Part shown: positions 52,046-59,145 of the stretch, in pieces
Layout of the letters: every line of letters starts with the position of its first letter
Numbering within the stretch: position 1 is the stretch's first letter
Assembly (NCBI GenBank): GCA_003344405.1
Contig: NOWV01000299.1
Location: forward strand, 1 to 59,145
Direction of reading: 5' to 3'
Source: Trichoplax sp. H2
Lineage: Eukaryota
Length of the DNA: 59,145 bases
Position numbers and translations under genes: made by a program
The notes under the pieces: generated by a model
What the model was told of the DNA's origin: nothing
The model's database searches: none
What the model saw: the letters and a program-made list of their open reading frames with translations, nothing else

Positions 52046-54723
52046 GGTACGATAACTAAAAGTAGTTCTAGATAAAATATATTAAATAGCAGCGGTTGAT
52101 TTATGAGTCAAAGTCCGAACTGAATTCGCATGCGATGATCGCAATAAGACGAAACTTGCATTCTTTCACCACTTATAAACTTAATTGGTTCCAATTACTT
52201 CCTTTAAAGAGCCATCGGAATGAAGAAAATGATCGGTGATCTATTTTTGAATATTAATTTGAATGTATTGATATCTTATAATCAAATAGTCGATTCAATT
52301 AAAGATAATTACAAATTCATTTTCATGTTCAACTATTCTATTTAGTAATAGCATGTCTTTATTTATGATTATTACTATCAATCGAAAAAGGCGATCGATT
52401 TTTTAATAGATTAATATCGATGATATCGCACCTTGATGATAAACTATGAAATAAATCAATTTTATTTACCCTAATTGATTCGATTTTAAGCAGGTGTCTA
52501 ATAAGTTGTTTTCAATCTTTTTTATCGCATTGTTTACATTGTCGTGGAGAAAATCTTTTCATCCATTTTAAGTTCTTTTTTCTTTAGCCAAAAATGTGAA
52601 GAAATATCGTTATACAGTACATGGATAGTATGATATACGTTTGCAATATTTCAATCATACTATCAAATAAGTTTTGCAGCAGTATTTAATTTATTGCATA
52701 AGAGCGATTCCAGACAGGTCAGATTATTTCTTCATGTTTGTATCCTATCCATGTGGAATTATTAAGAGAGATTGCATGCATGCAAGGGATTAAAATTTTG
52801 ATCGAAATTGGATTGTTAAAAACTCTTACACTCTTTATCCATCATATAACCAATTCGTATCAGAAAATTTTTAGCAGTCTTCATTTTTATTAACGACCGA
52901 ATCAAAAATATCGCCTTGCATTCATAATTATAATAATTATTATTCCCATTTCTTTCTAACAGGCCAAATTAATCACGATAATCCGTTGATACCTAGCAAC
53001 GAATCATAATGCCCATAATATCCGGAATGATCCTTTAGCCTAACTGCATGATACGGTGTATTTTAGGGCATTGGTCGTATAGGGTTGCGTGCTACTGTAT
53101 TACTTATATTGATCAAATTACTCGTCAATGATCGATGGAATGATTTTTCATTCATTCCTTTTATTAGTTTATTAGAGTGTTTATGATTTATCTAGTTTCG
53201 AGGAATCCTTTTCCAGCGGAAAGTTAGGAAGCGAGTTTATTATATGATAATTATCCACCCGCTTGTGATACCTTGCCAATACTTTTTATAATTAGAGCAT
53301 GTTTGTTACGGCACAGCATCTTACTCGTTATGGATCATTAAAAACTAAATCACGCAATTACTAGCCCCTGCTGCAACATCGCCTATAAATACAGGTGCAT
53401 CATGAGCAATGCCAGTAGAAGGACGTCGATGAAATAAAGAGCTTGTAGTATTTATAGTAAGCTGTAGAATCAGAAGGTATTTCAATGTGTGAAGGTGCAC
53501 GAGCACAACGATGTAACAAGTCTAGCTCTGACAAATCCTAGAATTGTCATACCAGGGACTACTCTATTTCTATTCTTATAGTTTTCATGCTTGATCGTTA
53601 ACTTAATATGGTATATTGCTGTCCCTAACTTCGATAGAAACATGCGTCCAAAATCCTATCTCGTTAAGACTGAGTCAAAATTTCAATTAAAGACGTATTT
53701 GCTACAAAAACTATGAAAAAAGAAGTAGAGTCGTCAACGTCTACGTAACATCTACACTGCATACTAGATCGATCCAGCGTTTGTTAACAGCTACGAATAC
53801 GTGGCTGAAATTGTTTGTTACTGTGAGATTGATAGATCAAGAATCTTCCAAACTTTAGAAAATTAAGATTTATTGAACAAAACCTCGTTTACAAAGATAC
53901 AACGTAATCGATTAGCTGAGGACCTCTAACGAGAAAGAACTCTCTTACTATACTAAACTACTCGTTTATATACTTTTCCGCGTTTAGAGTCTTAATACCT
54001 TTACTTACTACACACTTCAGTATTAGCATCTCAAATACAGGATAGTTTACAGCTTTTATGTGAAGCTCTAGTGTGAGCACTGTAGCGCTCCTCTTCAAAA
54101 GGATTCCAGTTTACTAAGCTAGCTATATTGAATACTTAAGCCTCTAACGAGAATATCTATCCTATGTTGAACACAACACCTACGGTAGACATTACTAAAT
54201 ATATCATCAACTTAGAATATAATATTACACTGCCTTAAAGTTACTAAAGCTCTACTTAGAAGTAGTAAATTTAGATCAAGAATGTTATTCAAATGAATAC
54301 GACTGATTTGGAAAACAGACACGGAAGATCGTTGCTGAGACGCTCCTTTTCGACATTTTTGGCCTTATCTGGTATGAAAAGTCCGTCCATCCGATGTACG
54401 ATGCTCACCACCAGTCACTAGCAGCTCAGTAATGTTCTCCAAAATCTTAGGTAGCAGACAGAAAGACGCTGGAAAAATGGAATTACTGTACAGTACAGTA
54501 CTGTACAATTCATACTGTGCCGTACAGTTAAAGCAGTAGTCCATGGTACGATACCGTCGATAGGGTTACAATCCTGTACTAGGACAGTAGGACTATATGG
54601 GGCTATACTGAGTGTGTAGCAAGTAGAATCCAAGTTGGCCACCATTATCAAAGCCAAGGTTTCATCAAACTCCATCCAAATATTTAAATTGTCGCAGCTC
54701 AACTTTCAAGCTATTCTTCCATC

Positions 54724-56827
54724 ATGGCTGAGGTAATTATAGATCAATACTGTTCAAAATAGACAGTTAAAATTAGTAATCAGTGTTATTGGATAGACGA
54801 TACTCCATAAGCCTTTCGAAACTTCATGGAGACTAGAAGAAATAGTTTGTAGCATTTTACTTTCGTAATTCATGAAAGCAAGGAGAATATCTCTCGAGAT
54901 ACTTCACCTAGTGGCAGTGGCAGTCTATTTCGGTTAAACCTTAAACGAATCATTCACCCTCTTCCATGATAGATACTACTGCAGTATACCACCGTTGCAA
55001 TGGCTATGACACATGTGTTGTACATTGTACTCGTATAGTAACTATAGTCCATTAGTATAGTCTCCAGTTGACGATTGACGATGATGAAATTCGATAAGGT
55101 TGCACAAGTCTTCATCTTCAAACTAAAAATAAAAACAATAGTGCAAGATTCATTTTAAAGTCTTGAAAACAAATTTTTATAGGCCCTAGAATTAAAATAC
55201 ATGACGGTAGGCTATTCGATCATGAGTCGTAGTGCTGCCTGTCATGGATTTCTTCCTTAATTGTCATTCCTCAACTCTTGTCTACCTTTTCTACTATACA
55301 CTAACTGTAAAATAGACATCAATTCTTTTTAACAATCGATAGATTACACCTTCGATCGAGTAAACCCCTAGGTAATTCTGCTTTACTATTAGATGAATAA
55401 ATAGATTCATCTCAATCACACGGTAGCCACTAGATGAGTTGTACCTTATCCCTGATGGTGGTCATAGTCACTACCATGAATATGGAGCTGGCAACACAGT
55501 CGATGTATGATAAACTCACAACAGTCTACATGTACAATGTAGTAGCTGATCGACATTATTCTTCAATGAAAGTAATAAATATCCCCTAATGATATGCTTT
55601 TTCTATTTATACCAGCAACTCCAATCTGATTTGTTGAAATTGATTTCTAGGTAAGTTGATCATGGCGACGAGCAAACGTAGCACTATATGTAAATCTTCT
55701 TGAAACTTTTGCTGTACATCAGTTATCGTATCTTAATGTTGCAATAGTAGTCATAGGTACAATGCATGATCTCTAAATTTTCAATATGAACCTTTCCAAG
55801 TTTTAGATAAGGGTAGTACATAAAGATTTAGTGTAGATATTAAAAATGCTAATAATCGCAGTCTAATCAAGTCTATAGAAAGGAAAAAACTTATCGCATT
55901 TCAGTACCACCCTGTTGTGAATTCGGAAGGAATTAATATTTAATGAATTATATATTTTATGCTCTATTATATAGAATTGAAGGCTTATATAGCGTGGCCG
56001 TTAGCGATAAAGATGGTGTACCTATAGTTTATGGTAATAAGTTTTGAAATTAATACTAGATTATTATGCAGTTGGTTTGGCAGTATCGAAATACCACTAG
56101 CGTACAATATATATAGTCATAAAATCAGTTTGACAATAAAAAAGATCTTGTACAGTACTTGAATCACGATCTTGGCTAAATGAATTAAAATTTTACATAA
56201 TCTCACTTTATGATCATATGGGTTCGTAGTTACATCGCAGAATATACCTGAAGTTGATGTCAAAGGCATTTTACCAGCCATAAACGGTATCATCGATCAG
56301 GTAGGATGATTGACTATTCATTTGACTAAAATAAGTTCTTGGCTATAATCTAACCGTCAATACAAGTGTATAGAATGAGTTATGAAGATATATTAATCCT
56401 TAAACAGTCATTCCTTGACTATTTCAACCCTATTCGAATGTCGTATAGGCTAGTAAACTTAGCATAACTGAAAGCAAGAGCTTGGTTGCTCAGTACAAGT
56501 CTTATCAGGTAATTTTCATCGTATGACATTACTAAAGTACCAATATATGATCATTTATCAATCGTAATTTACATACAATAGGTTATACTAATAAATCGAT
56601 CTCCAGTGTATATATCATTTGTAACAGCAAGGAAAGTAAATACGGGTAGGAAATGGTTATTACATTCAATCGATAGCTTAGTTTCTTTTATCTACAATTA
56701 GAAGTTCCTTAATATTTAATCCATAATTATTACCTCGATTAATTTTTATTCTGCTTTAGGATTAATCTTAACATTGGATGACGATGTTATGGATATCCTT
56801 GGTGACATCAAATCAGTCATTCGGTAA
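54724..56827 (+). CDS. LAMTOR3: Ragulator complex protein LAMTOR3 (MP1/MAPKSP1), 7 exons, 121 aa
   Basis: Exons 54724-54732 (MAE, least certain), 55616-55650, 55975-56033, 56230-56300, 56449-56508, 56582-56645, 56760-56827. Translation includes IEGLYSVAVSDKDGVPI...DQASKL...YKSYQV...NRSP...NTGLIL, matching the recalled LAMTOR3 pattern VEGL..IVVSDRDGVP...DQGSKL...YQVVQFNRLP...NTGLI. Confidence 0.92.
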
Positions 56828-57506
56828 CTTTCACTACAAATATGTGTGTTTATCATTTTTTTGTGGTTAAAATCTTGAAGCCGATTGAACAAAATTTCAA
56901 AAATAATTACGTTTACAAAACGCATAAAATTTTGAATATTTAATACTACTTTCGACAAAAATACCCCATTTACTTAGTATATTTTATTATCTATAATTAT
57001 ATATACACTATATTTAGTAAACTGTGTTAAAAATCTGTAATTGACATTTAATATTAGAGTACTATTATCAGCTAATAACTAAATAATATCTGTAAATTAA
57101 GACTTCATGGCTTAAATTTTACAATCTACCTTTGGAATTTCTTTCGAAAATTTTTATAATTTTGAATTATTTCATCAGTATTATAGCTACTCTTTTTGAA
57201 TGTATTTCTTGTATTCATATTCATCAATTTGACAGCTTCACATTTGCACAAAAGATCTGTGCTCAATGTTTTCGTTCATAATAGTAGTAATATAGTATCG
57301 TCAATCGTACTATTTTAAAATGTGAGTATTGTAACATCGGGTTTTAAGTATAATAAAGAAATGAAACATGATAAAAATCCTTCGAGAAGATAGCTCACTT
57401 CATTAATTACTACGTAATATTATCTCAGTTATCATTTGAAAGTATACTAGTGTAATTACTCATACTATCTATTTGTGGTGTAGTTAATTAATTAAAGAGT
57501 ACTTGC

Positions 57507-58255
57507 AATTTTTTGTATAACTGCATAATCAATGTTGCAGCTCTTACATTAGGTAATAATATACTTAGATATTTCCAGTAGGAAATTTAATAACTTACGA
57601 TTAAATAAATATAGTCGAAAAAGCCTGCTAGCAAAATTTTTTATTTATACAACTCGTACAGTAAGTATAATTCTGTTACAGTGTTAAATACTGTATTACA
57701 GTAGAAATAACTATGTTAGGATAATTCTATTAGACTATCCTTATTTAGTTAACTTCTAATTTGGATATACTGTATTTTAATATAGCACTGACTTTTTATG
57801 ACAGTGACACTTATACACTTACTGAAATTAATAGTTCTAATAGGGAATGCAAATCATCTGCTTACAGTTCGAATCATTGTGATTGTAATTTACTTATAGT
57901 AGACTGTAAATTATCATGGAAATGTTCCGTGATAGGACATATCGTAATCTGACTATTCTGTATTAGTCATTATATGTCTATGTTCATAAATACTGTTGTC
58001 TGCATTAAGGGAGCAGTAGCTAAAATTAATATCTAATTCAGTAAATGATTCTAATGTTAATTGTATTANNNNNNNNNNNNNNNNNNNNAATTTTTTGTAT
58101 AACTGCATAATCAATGTTGCAGCTCTTACATTAGGTAATAATATACTTAGATATTTCCAGTAGGAAATCTAATAACTTACGATTAAATAAATATAGTCGA
58201 AAAAGCCTGCTAGCAAAATTTTTTATTTATACAACTCGTACAGTAAGTATAATTC
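57507..58255. other. Duplicated 167-bp flank (57507-57673 vs 58089-58255) around gap 58069-58088; probably two haplotypes
   Basis: One substitution seen; the first copy runs into family B, the second continues into unique sequence. Confidence 0.8.
57674..58068 (+). mobile_element. Solo-LTR-like element family B, copy truncated by gap
   Basis: Starts TGTTACAGTGTTAAATAC; near-identical to the 27933 copy up to the N gap. Confidence 0.85.
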
Positions 58256-59145
58256 GTTAAACTGAAAGTACTTGTCAATGTGACTGTTTGACTGCTGCAC
58301 TGTAACCCAGTCTCATTCCTAATAATAAACCTACTATAAATTTGTTACCCTGCTAATGCTGAATATTCAAGAAAGGTAGCTGATCTCAAATCATTTTTAA
58401 AATTTAGTACCATCAATGATAACTGATAGGTCTATTTTCAATAGGTCAGTAGTGCTATATTAATCAGTATATAACGAAAGGAAAGGATTTAGGAAAAACT
58501 ACTCCTATTTTTCATTTACACTTACGATATACAAGATAATTATGATTAATAAATACCGTAAATAGTTATTTTCAAGCATGCTATATTGTATCAACGGGCT
58601 TTTTTGAACTCTATCATTGGACATGATAGCGTTATAATTCAGTGAAATAGAGTCTATTTCCTTTTAGAGGTCGATACCAGTGACTACTGTATTAGTCACA
58701 ATACAACAGTTAAAACATAATTAGAAATTCGTCTATGATTTATCATTATGATTAGATGCATACGACATAATTATAAGAAGTAACTTTCGTATAAAACAAA
58801 CATACACAATACAATAATGACTAGATGTGCCTAATACAATCAATAACAGAGATATAAAATCTACGTTTTAACCTTCAATGCGATCAGACTAATTACATAC
58901 TGTATATTATCCATAGAAAGTACAAAATTTTTAAACGTGTATTAATCCCTAGTAGATAAGGTGCGTCCTTTTATTAACATGTAATCAGTTCTTTCCAACT
59001 ATAAGCGCAAGTAGGGCCATTCTTACGTACATTCCATATTCGACCTGTCGAAAGTACGCCGCACGTGGATCCGAATCTACTTCAATGCTAAATAGTAACG
59101 ATATATTATAAATATGTATATGCGATTAGGTGCGAATATGTCTTT

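Noticed and set aside
54418..54702. 94-aa minus-strand ORF upstream of LAMTOR3
   Set aside because: TTG start, overlaps a probable promoter with simple palindromic sequence, no domain.
55662..55703. ATGGCGACG as LAMTOR3 start
   Set aside because: Falls in the intron after exon 55616-55650 and hits a stop; MAE|GT at 54724 fits phase better.

Overview
AT-rich, intron-dense eukaryotic (animal) genomic DNA with two 20-N scaffold gaps. Composition, short introns and gene content resemble a placozoan such as Trichoplax (inference only). Hand-splicing gives a cluster of three paralogous adhesion GPCR genes with C-type lectin-like domains (CTLDs), a GAIN/GPS region and a secretin-like 7TM. Gene 1 (+, 6644-20777) has 5 CTLDs and a 14x19-aa Thr-rich mucin stalk, with an in-frame TAA inside CTLD4. 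Gene 2 (-, 32907-25494) has 2 CTLDs and looks intact. Gene 3 (-, 52045 to about 42100) has 2 CTLDs but lacks the GPS cleavage triad and several 7TM signalling motifs. A 7-exon LAMTOR3 gene (+, 54724-56827) lies head-to-head with gene 3. Three families of TG...CA solo-LTR-like elements with 5-bp target-site duplications are scattered through the window. Both gaps show one family as filled and empty sites side by side, suggesting heterozygous insertions. All gene models are manual and need transcript confirmation.
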